Positions 37,041 through 50,740 of a stretch of 64,000 nucleotides of DNA are shown here, piece after piece (position 1 is the stretch's first letter; every line of letters starts with the position of its first letter). The stretch covers positions 158,534,001 through 158,598,000 of the forward strand of contig NC_042999.1 of assembly GCF_006345805.1 (NCBI RefSeq). The letters are read 5' to 3'. The notes below the pieces were generated by a model. The model did no database searches. It was not told the DNA's origin and saw nothing but the letters and a program-made list of their open reading frames with translations. The translations under genes were made by a program, and so were the position numbers. Origin of the DNA: Octopus sinensis (lineage: Eukaryota).

Positions 37041-38733
37041 AGTTTCTTCTCATACCCAAGACATTACCGATACTGGATAGAAAATATATATAGTAGGTAG
37101 TAGTAACTACAACGTCAGTGCTACCACCCACGAAATATGCTTACATGGGTGCGTCCGAATGCGTGGGTGGGCATGTATGTGGTGGTGTAGGCACGTATGT
37201 AAGACCACACACATAACCAAGCACCTAGTCAACCGCACAAACCCTCACACTAGACTACATACACGCGCCCCATGCACGTGCTCAGATGCTCACACACACA
37301 CACCTAACCTTTTCTCTGCCTCTCATCACCACATAATGATCTACACCCGTAAATCTTTACTGGATGACAAACAAATCACTGTAGATGAGAGACCAAACTA
37401 ATCTGAAACAAAAAGCCGAGCCCTTAAAAAGTTCACGGACAGCTAATGCACACACACTCATATTCACACATATAAGCATTCATCCAGGTGTACACACACA
37501 ACTACTAACGCGCGCGCGAGCACACGCATACATACTCTTCGTCTGTGTTTACCCTTATCATCTTTTGTAAGCAAAGACACATCTACTTACACATATAGTC
37601 ATACACACACACAGATATGAATAGTTCTCAGAGAAACTCAGGGCAGACATTGAAGAGAGAGGGCATGTCATTGAAGAGGTTAACCAGCAAATTAAATAAA
37701 TATTTGATTAGTTAGTTGGTTAGATATAAAAACAAATTGACTATCAATAAAAAAAAAGTGATTTTCAACAAGTGCGTGGGTAATTATTATTGGAGTAATG
37801 ACCCTCCTTAGACACAATAAACACAATTTTACTGCAAAATGTTTTGTCAAATATAATCTCTGTGTTTTGCAAATGTAGCACTTGTAGTTGAAGAACCCAA
37901 TGACTAATTAATTATAAATATTAGACAAAACTTACAAAGAAAATAATGAAGTTTTCAAATGCATCGTTTGAAAGCAAATCATTTAACCTCTGGCATAAAT
38001 ATTGAGCAGCTGAATAAAATTCAAGAAAGCTTTGTGTAAGGGGATAATTCTATTATGTTCATAGCCATGTTGAAAAATATCTAGCCGCAAGTAAGTGCGT
38101 CTTCAGAAATTTATATTTCCAATTGTGTATATTAAATATACTTGTTAAATTGAAGTGGTAAGAAGTGAAATCTAATTTAAAGTTGATAACAGTTGACTAT
38201 ACAATGTGCTTACAATAATTAGTCACACTTTTGAAAAAATAAATAGTGATTTTTCAGTCAGTCCTGAATTGCCAACTGAATTTCTACATGTGTAAGGTTT
38301 AAAACAGTTGAGTATTCCATAGATGTATGTGCCCATGATGCAGTTATTGTCAGGCAGAATCAGTGTTACAAAACACGACACGGCAGGAGATTCAAATTGT
38401 AAGTACTACTCTGGAAAGAGAGAGAGATAGAGATAGAGAGATAAGGAAAGAAGGTGAGAGACAAGGAAACAAAATGAGAAAGGGAAGAGAGAGAGACAGA
38501 CGGAAAGAGAGTTAATGGGAAGAATCTACCCTGATAAATTATTTATTTAATCCTGAAGAGGACAACTTTTGGTGTTTGGTCAATAGAATACTAAAGCTCG
38601 AATATTATAATACATTTCCATAGAATAGAATGCATTAAAATTCTATGAACTGCCCTTTGTTACTGAAGGTCGCAATGTGAGGATACAAAGACGCGAAAGT
38701 AATTACGAGCACTACATATACCCCACAACTTAC

Positions 38734-38763
38734 CAATTTCTCTGAGATTTCATATTGAATACT
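38734..38763 (-). CDS. Candidate exon (SIQYEISEKL; may extend upstream as GVKLYIWRKLQ...)
   Basis: Donor TTG|GTAAGT, open frame, unique sequence; acceptor uncertain. Confidence 0.3.
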
Positions 38764-39464
38764 CTGGAGTTTACGCCAAATGTAGAGTTTAACTCCACTT
38801 TTACATCCCACAGATAAAACACGTACGCACCCCAACACAAAAATATATGTGTAATTTAATTCAACTCCTGTTTTCAATTCACAGACCATTTGATATTTTG
38901 TCCTCTTGTAAACTGTTTAAAGTTATTCAAAGGAAATATATATTATCTCTTCGCAATAACACGACCCTTATGCTATTCATTGTCTTTTCGCAATAACTAG
39001 CAGTCTAACTGAAAATCCAGCATGCTTGCTGCTAAATTTACTTCGATTTCTACACTGACCATGGCCAAAGTATTTCCTTCAAAGCACTGTCTTATCTTCA
39101 AAAGCCTATCTTGAGAAGCACTCCATTTTGTTTTAGCAAATATGCCTTTATTTATCAAAAATAATTGAATGATAAATAAAGTTTCCTCTTCATATTTCTT
39201 CCTGTTATGTGTAGACACCTTACTGTGTAATGTGACTACTACATATATCAAGCAATGCTACAGATATGCAGTCCATCGTGTTAGATTACATTTAGAAAAA
39301 TCTCACATAAAAGAGACTCATCACTTTGTTTTAAAGACGAATTATTTCTTTCTTCTGCTTTTAATACTATACTAGCTAATAACATAGACTTACACTTATG
39401 CATTTAATTTTTCTCATAGCTGGTACTATCTTACATTTTCCAGATGCGAATCTAAACACTTTAC

Positions 39465-39522
39465 CTGTGATTTCTTCCCTCAAAATCTCTTGATTTCCCC
39501 AAATTCCTGTGTCCACGTTTAC
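39465..39522 (-). CDS. Candidate 58-nt exon (VNVDTGIWGNQEILREEIT, or the alternative open frame)
   Basis: Acceptor atattcttgtatatgtAG and donor CAG|GTAAAG; purine-rich, two frames open. Confidence 0.35.
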
Positions 39523-40289
39523 CTACATATACAAGAATATAACATAAACGACAGTGGTATAGACTGAAGAGATTTCACCAGCCTATGCTCGTCCCTCCTC
39601 ATACAAACTTTACACTATAAAAAGCAAACAATCAAAAGAACATTGTTATATTGAAATCTTTAATACACCTCCTTAGTTTAATCAATCGAATTTAAACAGC
39701 GTTTAAGAAGATGATCAAGTTATAAACACTTACTACTAAATGAATCATGAAAGACATTTTTCTATAACCTCAACCAAATGAAAGTTATTACCCTCATGAC
39801 TACAACAAGGTTCACTTATCTATATTCATAAAACAATTCTGAACGCGCGTTTTACATTATCAGTTAATGCTTATAACTAGTTACAATTAGAGTATTGGGA
39901 GTTAATGCAAAAAAATTGTGTCAGTAACAAGGCAAGAACCGGTGATTTTCTGACTGTCTATCACCGTCTCTGAAATGCTGGCTTTTTGTAGATCTAGATA
40001 TTGTACAGAATTAGAAAGCAACCAAATCAAATTTTCCTCATCATTTCAGTTGCCCCTTAAAGATAGGCTTTGCATTGCTATTTTATGGTTACATTTTGTA
40101 TTTTGTATTGTATTGCTACCTTCTAGTGAAATATTTTTGCTACAAATGTTATGAATTTTAAGAGACGCATTTTTAATTACTTGTTATTTCAGTTATACTC
40201 AATTACGTATATCTTGCTTTTAATCTTGACTCTCTTCCCTTCCCAACAATATTGGTATACAAAATTGGTACCCACAGAGACCTTATGAA

Positions 40290-40868
40290 AACGGTAACAA
40301 CCAAACTATGATGAGTACTTTTCTCATATGAGTACGAGAAACTGGGTCACTCTGCCACAGAAGCTCTACAGAATATCATGCGGGCCTTTGGTAATGGTAT
40401 TCTGTATTCTTGACATCAAAATTGTTCAGATATGGTCCTAAAGCTCTCATTCAGGGGATGATAGCCTTGAAAATAAACCAAGGGGTAGGCTAAAATCAGT
40501 TATTCAACATGATGGATTAAATGCTTTGGTTGAACAAAATCCGAGAACAAAAGTTGCAAAGCCTGAATTATGAGATTTTCCAGCATCCTCCCTATTCCCT
40601 TGATATGTCTCCTACTGAACATCACTTATCTAAGTATTTTGAGCTTTTTATAAGCAATAAAACATTCTTAAATAGAGAAGAGGTAATTGAAGCATTCGGA
40701 GAGTTTATCACAGCAGAAGATTGACTTTTTTATGGTTAGAATATGTGACATATGGGTAAACGTCATAAATGAACATGGATCATACTTAGCTTAAATAATC
40801 AGATCTCTAACACTTCTGAAACATTTTACTGTTAGCTTTCAAATACATTTCATGTGAAACAACCTAAT
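40290..40868 (+). mobile_element. Internally deleted mariner remnant (Hsmar/SETMAR-like transposase)
   Basis: YEYE.LGHSATEA.QNI..AFG; SGDDSLENKPRGR; QKLQSLNYEIFQHPPYSLDMSPTEHHL; ends gaaacaacctaata. Confidence 0.8.
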
Positions 40869-40914
40869 ATTACAGCTTAGAAACCTTTATAAAGAATCAG
40901 ATTTGCAAATACTC

Positions 40915-41115
40915 TTTGACTCTTATACTCTTTTACTTGTTTCAGTCATTTGACTGTGGTCATGCTGGAGCACCGCCTTTAGTCGAGCAACTCGACCCCG
41001 GGACTTATTCTATCGGTCTCTTTTGCCGAACCGCTAAGTGTCGGGGATATAAACACACCAGCATCGGTTGCCAAGCAATGCTAGGGGGACAAACACAGAC
41101 ACACAAACACACACG

Positions 41116-41153
<38 letters not shown>

Positions 41154-41327
41154 CATATATACGACGGGCTTCTTTCGGTTTCCGTCTACCAAATCCACTC
41201 ACAAGGCTTTGGTCGGCCCGAGGCTATAGTAGAAGACACTTGCCCCTAGGTGCCACGCAGTGGGACTGAACCCGGAACCATGTGGTTGGTAAGCAAGCTA
41301 CTTACCACACAGGCACACCTGCGCCTA
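40915..41327 (-). mobile_element. SINE family A with a short internal deletion
   Basis: Lacks tttgtaagcccagtacttattc between repeated cttattc motifs. Confidence 0.9.
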
Positions 41328-43185
41328 TGGTGAACTTCCATCGAAAACATATTCAAGGTTTCGATTCAGTAGGGATATAATTTTTTTGTACTGTGCTTCC
41401 TACAATCACAAAAAAGCCAACAACCAAATACTATCTTTCATGTGAGGAAATAAGCTATTACTTTATAAGTACGCTTTAGCTTTTTATATTTTCATAAAAG
41501 ATTCACTGCTTTAAGTTGACAGATGGAAAGTAGTAATTCGCATTATTTCCTAGAACAATGAGACAGAGATCATGAATGTTCAATTTGAAGATCCGCAGGA
41601 AAATCTTGAATGACGGCTTTTATGGTCAGCTTCAGATTCACGATACAAAGTGAAGGGATTGATAGCTCGAGTAACATGTTAGAGTCACCCAGGCTTGTAG
41701 AGCTCATTTCTTATATATCAGTTATACCTGGAACTCTGTTCAAGGTCAATAAAGTAAGTAACTGACAAATATTTTATCATCTTTCACTCAACAAGTTTGT
41801 GAGCTTGTGCCTTAACGCGATACTGTCAAGAAAAATATCGTTAGGCTGCGGTTTAACACGACTGTCTCTTTAATTGAAGATATTTTTCAATTTCTGACTT
41901 GACAAGATTTTTGCTTCTGATCTGTTTTCTCAAAGGAATATGAACAGTAAACCATGACAGTTACAAGGTACCTTTGGTAGTTTATAGAAGTTTATTTCCC
42001 TTTGCTTATCTCATCAAAAGGACTTGACTGAGCATACTTCTTAATTCTCTCCTTCCTTACACTAGGCAATATATCTTGCTGTGTAATACTTTTCCATACA
42101 AATGATGTTTAAATTTACCATTTGGTTTGAGAATAATGATACGATGTTCGAATGAAAAATATGTAAATATTTATAAATTTGTTATTGCAGAAGGTAACAG
42201 AATGTCTAATTTTATTCGCCCATTTAGCAGATTAAGTTTATAGATTGTTCTGGTAGCCCGAAAGAAATATATTACCCTTCCTATTAACTCAAATACAAAG
42301 GAATTTATCTAAGTGCAGTTGTGTGAATAATAGCACTGAAATTCTAAAACAAAATTGAATTTATATCCAAACCTTCACTTCTATGTAATGGAAATAATTA
42401 TTAGAGCTCTCATTTAGTTTGAAATCGCGTTCAATACATCAAGTATAAATGCACATCAGGCACAGTTGAGGTAAATTAATTAAATATTGTATAAAATTTA
42501 TTATATTGTTCCTTAAGACGTGTGAGTGTATATAACTTTTCAACAAATTTATAGCTGAAGTAGCTTTTCATTTTGAACGCTAAATGCAATGTTTTTAAAA
42601 GTAACTTGTCTAGAAATTCACGGCAACATAAAGTGTATGGCGTGTTAAAAATTCCAATAGATTATATTATCTAAAACAAAATATCCAATATTTTGACAGT
42701 TTGGGATACTTTTTTAAAATTAATTTTTATATATTATGTAACAAAATATAATTTTCAAGTGAATTATTAAATAATTCAGTGAAGACCGTAGTGTGGTATT
42801 ACAAAATCAGCAAATGATTGCCAAAAGTGTTCATTTGTGTGACATACACAGAAGAGAATGAGCTGAGAGTATCACCATTTTGTAGGATCTCTAAGGGAAC
42901 TAAGGAAAAGGAGGCCGGAACATTAGTTTGCATACTTCTGATATATATTCTACTAAAGGTCCCAAAAATGTAGGTTGTGTTATACCGAGGGACAAATTAA
43001 ATTTACAACACAGGAATAGCTACAGTCCATTTAGGTGTCTTCCGAAACAATTCTTCCCACCATATTTTACTCGGAATACTCCACTCGACCCGATGGTATA
43101 GAGGATAGTACTACTTTTCCGAAGTGCCATATGTAACATAGAAACTAGAATTACGTTATTGCCTTTAAACCACGCATCTGTTTCT

Positions 43186-43402
43186 TATTTCTTTATTACC
43201 CACAAGGGGCTAAACATAGAGGGGACAAACAAGGACATTAAGTCGATTACATCGATCCCAGTGCGTAACTGGTACTTAATTTATCGACCCCGAAAGAATG
43301 AAAGGCAAAGTCGACCTCGGCGGAATTTGAACTAAGAACGTAACGGCAGACAAAATAGCGCTACGCATTTCGCCCGGCGTGCTAATGTTTCTGCCAGCTC
43401 GC
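43186..43402 (-). mobile_element. SINE family C, 11-bp TSD
   Basis: cgcatctgttt at 43173-43183 and 43403-43413. Confidence 0.85.
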
Positions 43403-44175
43403 CGCATCTGTTTTTGCACTCTTTGAATATTCCGGAAAACTGAATTAACAACATAAGCTACTTTTCGAAGTTTGAATCTTCTTTTTTAAAATTTGTTTTT
43501 CTTTTTCATGTGCATTCTACATATTATATTAATCTCACCTGTCTTACTAACTACTCTAGAGCTTCTTACTCTTTCACGTAAAACGCTAAATTTGTCTTCT
43601 TTAATCTTTCAACCTCTTGCAACAGTCACTAACCTTTCTTCACTTTCTGTTCCAATCTAACGTAAACGGTCTTAGAGTTTATGCTTTCGTGCATTCGAGC
43701 CACTTCTTGTGGATGGCCATTCATCTGTTTTCTATTCAATAAGTACCTCTCTAAGCCTTATTAACGACACAACATTTAAATTTGTTGCTTGGATGATAAT
43801 TATGCATTCAATTAAAAATGTTTTGGTATCTTTTCAGTTCTAAGAAACAACTATTTATAGAAAGTGTTTCTTATTTCTGTTGTTTTAAGTTCCCTTTGCT
43901 GTATTCCAAGAATCTTATATGCTTCTTTTTCATCTAAGGCATAAATGTTCCTACAATCAGAGAACACCAATTGAAGATGTTTTAAAACCATGCTTCAGTT
44001 CCATCGTAGCACATTCTTCGATGCCAAATGCCATCGCAGTATCCTTAATGATGATTTGTACGGGTTTTGCACCAAGTATTCCGATTGATTTTTATCTTTA
44101 CCTATTTTTAAATGGTCCATGAAAGGCACGTAACTTATATTCTGTAACAATTGGTATCCTTTCTTACTTCTTATT

Positions 44176-44598
44176 CCGCAGGCGCAGGAATGGCTGTGTG
44201 GTAAGTAGCTTGCTTACCAACCACATGGTTCCGGGTTCAGTCCCACTGCGGGGCACATTGAGCAAGTATCTTCTGCTATAGCCCCGGGCCGACCAATGCC
44301 TTGTGAGTGGATTTGGTAGACGGAAACTGAAAGAAGCCTGTCGTATATATGTATATATATATATGTATGTATGTATGTATGTGTGTTTGTGTGTCTGTGT
44401 TTGTCCCCCTAGCATTGCTAGACAACCAGTGCTGGTGTGTTTACGTCCCCGTCACTTAGCGGTTCGGCAAAAGAGACCGATAGATTTAGTACTGGGCTTA
44501 CAAAGAATAAGTCCCGGGGTCGATTTGCTCGACTAAAGACGGTGCTCCAGCATGGCCGCAGTCAAATGACTGAAACAAGTAAAAGAGTAAAAGAGTAA
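44176..44598 (+). mobile_element. SINE family A, full length
   Basis: ggcgcaggaatggctgtgtgg...gactgaaacaagtaaaagagtaaaagagtaaa. Confidence 0.9.
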
Positions 44599-44716
44599 AT
44601 GGATAAGTTCAGTTTCAAACAAAAACCTTTGAAAGGTTTCTTCTCTAATTTGTACATCAGTTGATCTCTGCCATCTTTAACGTCACATTGCGTTTTCTTC
44701 TTCTTCTTCTTCTTCT

Positions 44717-44755
<39 letters not shown>

Positions 44756-44784
44756 ACTACTACTACTACTACTACTACTACTAT

Positions 44785-44825
<41 letters not shown>

Positions 44826-45633
44826 ACGATATATATATATATATATATACATACATATATACTATTAAATATACTATTAAATACATACATACATACATAC
44901 TATTAAATATACTATTAAATATACTATTAAATATACATACTATTAAATATACTATTAAATTAGTATCTAATTCTCTCACCCTTATTAATTAATTATATAT
45001 ACATACATATATTTCTTTTATTTTCTTATATATTTTTTATGTTTCAGCCAAACGCTGCGTTTATATATAAAGAAAACTAGCATTGCTAGAGATGGATTTA
45101 AGTCCTTACAACATGTGTTTGTGGAAAACTTTCTGCCCTAACGGTTAGAATGACGTAAAGTAGCTAGGCACTAAAAATTCAGTGAAAATATTTTAGATTA
45201 TAGAATTACTGACTAGTCTTTTCGAATACTTTAAGAACACAAATCTAAATTTTTTACAGTGTCTCTGTAAATGCAGGTGTTGAAACTTCTGTTAAAACAA
45301 CTGTAGTGCTCAAATTTGCCAAATCTCTAAATATATTTGTTGTAGGTAGTCTATGTAAAATAAAACTTGTCAAAGAATTACTTCTAGAATAAACACACGA
45401 CTTGCTTTGATATTTCTTTTATTGCTACAAGAATCTCGTTAGTGTGCTCTTTTGTAGAAGCTCAATACATTCTGTTAAGAATATTAAAGTCATCTTTGCA
45501 ATATATCTTGCCTAACCTTTGGCATCATGGAGTTGTGCAACTAAAGAATCCTGTAATGCAAGAACAATAGTCTGTACTGTTCTTATAGTTTAACTGTGGT
45601 TTACTCAATAAAGCGGCCTACTCTTTCACATAC

Positions 45634-45675
45634 CTGCGCAGTAGGTGTTGAGTTGCAAAGTCAAATACATAAAAT
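45634..45675 (-). CDS. Candidate 42-nt exon (FYVFDFATQHLLR or FMYLTLQLNTYCA)
   Basis: Acceptor gttcatagattacAG and donor CAG|GTATGT; length a multiple of 3; two frames open. Confidence 0.35.
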
Positions 45676-46079
45676 CTGTAATCTATGAACATTTCATAGA
45701 TTACGAGGTTTGGATATTGTATAAAAGTTTAATTTGGCTAATTTCGTCGAACTAAGATAAACCCGAGTATTTTCAAATTTACCGCAAGACAGAGTGTAAA
45801 GAAAAAAATTTCACATTTGCGATTCCTCTTCTAATTTCAGAGTGGCTAAATCATTGGAAAGTAGAAATTCAATACACGTTATTGACATATGATAAATACA
45901 CTGAGTCAGATACACGAAGGAGACAAGCATTTCCATCTGATGTTGTTCCTTGCAGAGGATGTAAAATTAGAAATCCATTACTAAAGTTTTAAAAAAATTG
46001 CTGTTCCTGGTTGTTTTTTTGTGTTGAAATTGAATATTTTTTCTTTTCTTTTTACCGCTTTTTCTTCTTTCTAAAGGAT

Positions 46080-47400
46080 ATTCAGCTGTGGTTTATATTT
46101 TTAATCAGTATGTTTTCCTTACATAAACAGAATTGGGTTGAAGTGTTTACAGTGCATTGATAGAGAAAGAAAATTTGGTATTTAAAGTTTATGTCTCCGG
46201 GGCATTGTTCTAGGTTCTTGCTTACGGGAATTTTCCTAATAGTGGTGTTCTGGATTTGTTACCTGTGCACCGTAAGTCTATCCCTCAAAGTTGAACTAGT
46301 TTGACCAATGTAGTCACCATTACAACCTCCACATTTAAAAACATAGATTAAGTTCTTCGAAGCACAGGTGAAGTCATATTTTATGGTAAAATTTTGACCT
46401 GATTTAAATTTATAAGTTGAGCCCTCTAAGAGGAAGATGCAAGTTCCACAGTTAGGGCGGTTGAACTTTTTGACTTGTGGGTTTGTATTTTTGGTGAGTA
46501 ATTTGGTGCTGGTGAGGAATTTTTATAGGAATCGCGGTTGTCTCTTGCTTTTTATAATCCTATGCGCTTAGGTGCTTTTTCATTCGTGTGTCCTTCATAA
46601 GGAGGGGTATATTTTGGTGGATGATGTTGTATGCTTCCATGTTTCTTGGATTGTGTGTTGATACGTAAGACAGAGTTTTACGTGTGTTTTCTTGTTTTCC
46701 GTAACTCTTGGACGTCTATCATTTTTGCACGTTCTATTCCATTTTTGATTAGACTGGCTGGGTATTTTCTATCTAGTAATGTGTTTTAAGTTCTTGGAGT
46801 CGCTTTTCTCGGGATTTGGGATTTGATGCAATCGTGTAAATTCTTCTCTATACCGGGCTAAGTTGAACGGTATATTTATTATAGTATGTTTTGGGTAGCA
46901 AGCAAAGAATAGACGATATTGTTTTGAGTTTGTTGCTTTGATGAAGTTGTCGGTTTCAATTTCAGTATTTCTCTTTATTATTAAGATGTCCAGGAAGAGT
47001 AGTTGTTTGTGACTGTATTCCATTGTACACAGGATATTGTGGTTAATTCTGTTGATTAGGTTGTGAAATTCTGTGAGTTGTTCAAGGTTATGTGGCCTCA
47101 GGATGAAACAGTCATTCAGGTAGCGTTTCCAGTTGGTGAGTATTTTTGGAAGTTGACTCCAAATTTCAATCTAGCGTGTTCGTATATTTGAACTTCCAAG
47201 TATGCCATGACAAGGTTGGCAAAAGTAGGCGCTACCCTCGTTCCCATCACCATGCCCGATTTTATGTCTATAAGTGTTTTCGTTGAAATTAAAGAAATTG
47301 TTCTGTCAATAAATGTATTTTAAACATTTACGAGTTTTTGAAATTTAGGTGCATTTTAAACAACACATTTTCCTATATTTTTTCCTGCGTGGGAATACCA
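46080..47400 (-). mobile_element. Penelope-like element: RT C-half plus GIY-YIG endonuclease, decayed
   Basis: MGTRVAPTFANLVMAYLE; WKRYLNDCFIL; MEYSHKQLLFLDILI; CNRPNCGTC; NLIYVFKCGGCNGDYIGQTSSTLRDRLTVHR. Confidence 0.9.
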
Positions 47401-47409
47401 CCCACTCTT

Positions 47410-47444
<35 letters not shown>

Positions 47445-47447
47445 TAT

Positions 47448-47499
<52 letters not shown>

Positions 47500-47787
47500 A
47501 TATATATGTATATATAAAACCTAAAACATCTGGTAATGTCAAGTTAATATTGATGATTGTGGTGGAGGTCTGCTCTCGACGGTACATGGTTGGGATATAT
47601 TGTCAGATGATATATTTTGGTGAGGTGTATAGTGGAAGATGTTGCTATTATTGGGATAGAATGATGCTTTCTAACGAACATGTGTCTGAATGAAGTTACT
47701 TACCCATAATATATATATATATATATATAACATTATTGGTGAATTGAAGAAATGGAGCTGAACGCAGATTGAACAGAAATCGTTTTA

Positions 47788-47876
47788 TTTCATTCTACAC
47801 GTGTTTCGAAAGGCACAAATTACCAAAATCCGATTGAATAATGGGATCATATTGTGTCTTTCTCTTCAGGAAGAAA
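47788..47876 (-). ncRNA. Type I hammerhead ribozyme with long stem II, in a Penelope pseudo-LTR
   Basis: UUUCUUC-CUGAAGA-GAAAGACACAA...UUGUGCCUUUC-GAA-ACACGUGU-A-GAAUGAAA; palindromic stem III, GUA site. Confidence 0.75.
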
Positions 47877-48671
47877 AAAAGGAAATCCGTTGGAAAAACA
47901 AAAACAGAACAGAGGCGGAGCAAAAACAAAAACAAATCGAACTATGCTCCTAAGAGCCCATGGCGAAACTGTTTATCAGTGTATGTTGAGAACCGGTGGC
48001 TGAAGAATTCAACGGGTCAGGCATCGGTCAATCATGTGGGTGAGAGTGTATAGATGTTCTTTGTGACCGAGAATAAAGTTCTGACTATTTAAGGAATATT
48101 GGATGTTTTATAAGGGGCGAGAAAAAATCTACTTACTGCTGTGATTTTTGCTACTAAGGTATCGGTTAAACTTTTGATTAATCTACTACAAGATTATTCA
48201 TCTTTCTATTTCACATAATATATATATATATATATATATATATAAGTAAATAAATGGTGTTGAACGCAGGTGTTATTCAAAGTCTTGTACTTTTGTATTC
48301 TCTTCTCTAAGAATCACCTTGTTAACACACACGTAGAGCGATCTTACAAACGTAAGCACTGGCAGAAACACACCTTTAGCTCATATAAGTGATTTATACC
48401 AGTATGTATAGTTCGAACATTTTGTTCAACTTGCACTTTACTTCAATAGAGAAATCTACTTCGAAGACTTTGAACATTTTTTCAACCAATATATCCCTCT
48501 TTATTTGTTCTCTACATATTATTTATTTACCCCTTCTCTTCCTATGGTCTGCCTTTGACGTCAGATCTACTAACGGTTTTTTTTAAAAACAAAACTTAAT
48601 AGCTTTCTGTTTATCATTTACGCAGTCATAAAAATTGTTATAATGTCTTGTTGTTGAGATAGGTCCTCTTT

Positions 48672-48754
48672 CTTTCCTGATGAGATTACATTATTTTACA
48701 CCATTTATTCCTTTGGAATAAAACCAATGTTGTCTTCGAAGTATATGTCGAAAG
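48672..48754 (+). ncRNA. Degenerate hammerhead of the same family (probably inactive)
   Basis: ctttc-ctgatga-g...cttc-gaa-gtatatgt-c-gaaag; stem I intact, but GAAAC has mutated to GAAGT. Confidence 0.5.
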
Positions 48755-49145
48755 TAAAAGAATTTGAATAACATCTGCGTTCAACTCCATTTATTTACTT
48801 ATACTATACAAATTACTGCTAATTAACCCGGAGTTTTTAACTTTGAATAGGTCGCTACATCCTTGTTACTTGCGTGAATTTTGCTACCCTGGTAACTGTT
48901 TATTGAATTTTCTGTGTTAACGGTAAACAAAGGATAATTCATTCATCCATATATATATGTACATATATGCTGATTCTGTCTAAGAATTATATTTGGGATA
49001 CACCCATTTCTGAATAATTCAGCAACATTGATATTAACTCTGGAGTAATTATCTCAGTTCAACAAAGAATTGAGACTTCATCCTCTCGAATGACGGACAC
49101 CCATAAATATGCATGTATACATACATACATACATACATACATACA

Positions 49146-49176
<31 letters not shown>

Positions 49177-49179
49177 CAT

Positions 49180-50740
49180 GATATTTTCCATACGCCACCT
49201 TCAGGAGAAGTCCAGAGAACAGAAATTGCCATTATATATGGCCTTCATTTACCTGACAAAGGCCTTTGACTTGGCAAGTAGAAAAGGCTTCTTCATCCTG
49301 CTTCAAAAAATCGGATGTCCACCAAAGCTGTTGAGGACCATCAAATATTTCCATGATGATATACAAGGCACCATACAGTACAATGATTCAACATCAGCCG
49401 CCTTCCAAATAAAGAATGGAGTAAAGCAAGGCTGGGTCCTTGCTCCTACATTATTTGGCATCTTCTTCTCGCTGCTGCTGTCACATGCCTTTGAGAATCA
49501 GTTGATGGAGTGTTGGTGCACAGTAGAAGTGACGGGAAACTGTTCAATTTCTCGCGTCTGCGTGCCAAGAGCAAAATCAGAGGCGTCCTGATCAATCAAG
49601 GAGATGCCCTTCGCTGATGATGATGCTCTGGTATCACACAGAAGAAGTCATGCAAAGGCTCATCCGCTGCTTTGAGCAAGCATGTAGAGACTTTGGCTTA
49701 GTTATCAGCCTCAAGAAAACCAACATCATGGGTAAGGCTACATCGGACATCCCAACCATACATATTGGAGACCACAGATTACAGGAGATGGTCTTGGCTC
49801 TACCGTGTCTTGGCTTACCGTCACCTACAACCTATGCCTTGATGCCGAGCTCAATATACGCATTGGCAAGGCAGCTGCTGTGATGGCCCAACTCTCCAAA
49901 CGGGCATGGGACAACAATAAGCTGTCGACGTTCACAAAAATGAAGATTTATCAGGCATGTGTACTTAGCACTCTACTGCATGGCAGTGAGACCAAGACGC
50001 CATACACACTCCAAGAACGTCGCCTAAATATCTTTCACCTGCACTGCTTCCGGAAAATACTTGGCAACAAATGGCAGATCATGTCCCCAACAAAGATATC
50101 ATCAAGCAAGCAGGAATACCGAGCATGTTTGTACTGCTCACAGAAAGACGTATGTTAGTCGTATGGAATATTACAGAGTCCCCAAGGACATACTCTACGG
50201 AGGGTTTCCTAGCGTCGTGGAGCTTTTAGGTGTTTTCGCTCAATAAACACTCACAACGCCCGGTCTGGGAATCGAAACCGCGGTCCTATGACCGCGAGTC
50301 CGCTGCCCTAACCACTGGGCCATTGCGCCTCCACGCTAGCTTTATAACGTTTATTCTAACAATTAAGACCGTTCTTAAGTACAAGGTTGTTCGCAAAAAG
50401 GTATATGAAGGCCTGCGGCATCAATATTAGTGACTGGGAAACAGTTGCCAGCAACCGTGGAGATTGGCGACACACCATAGAAGAGGCAGTACAAAGGAGT
50501 GACAGAGGGAGAGAGGAGAAATGGAAAGACAAGAAAAGTCAACAAGAAACTATGACATTACAACCAGCCAGGCAAAGTTTTCACTACATCTACGTCACCT
50601 GTCAGAGGGAGTGTTTGTCCAGATTAGGACTACACAGCCACAGCAGGAGATGTAAATGACATGAAATGTAAAAAAAAAAACAGACTGGATTATTTTATGC
50701 GCAACTCCATTGTCCCCTGAGATAAAAGGATGCCAACAAC
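49180..50740 (+). mobile_element. RTE-clade LINE, 5'-truncated and decayed
   Basis: MIFSIRHLQEKSREQKLPLYMAFIYLTKAFD; NGVKQGWVLAPTLFGIFFS; FADDDAL; RIGKAAAVMAQL; CQRECLSRLGLHSHSRRC; 3' end as at 530-922. Confidence 0.9.
50213..50334 (-). mobile_element. SINE family B, 5' head only, inserted in the RTE
   Basis: Reverse complement of the first ~120 nt of 24995-25374. Confidence 0.85.

Noticed and set aside
41730-42120. Coding-like minus-strand frames (KQIRSKNLVKSEIEKYLQLKR; SITQQDILPSVRKERIKKY)
   Set aside because: Broken by stops and frameshifts, with inconsistent splice signals and no family recognised.
44690-44960. Stepwise (CTT)n-(CTG)n-(CTA)n tract and a 12-bp minisatellite
   Set aside because: Ordinary slippage-derived repeats with no evidence of function.
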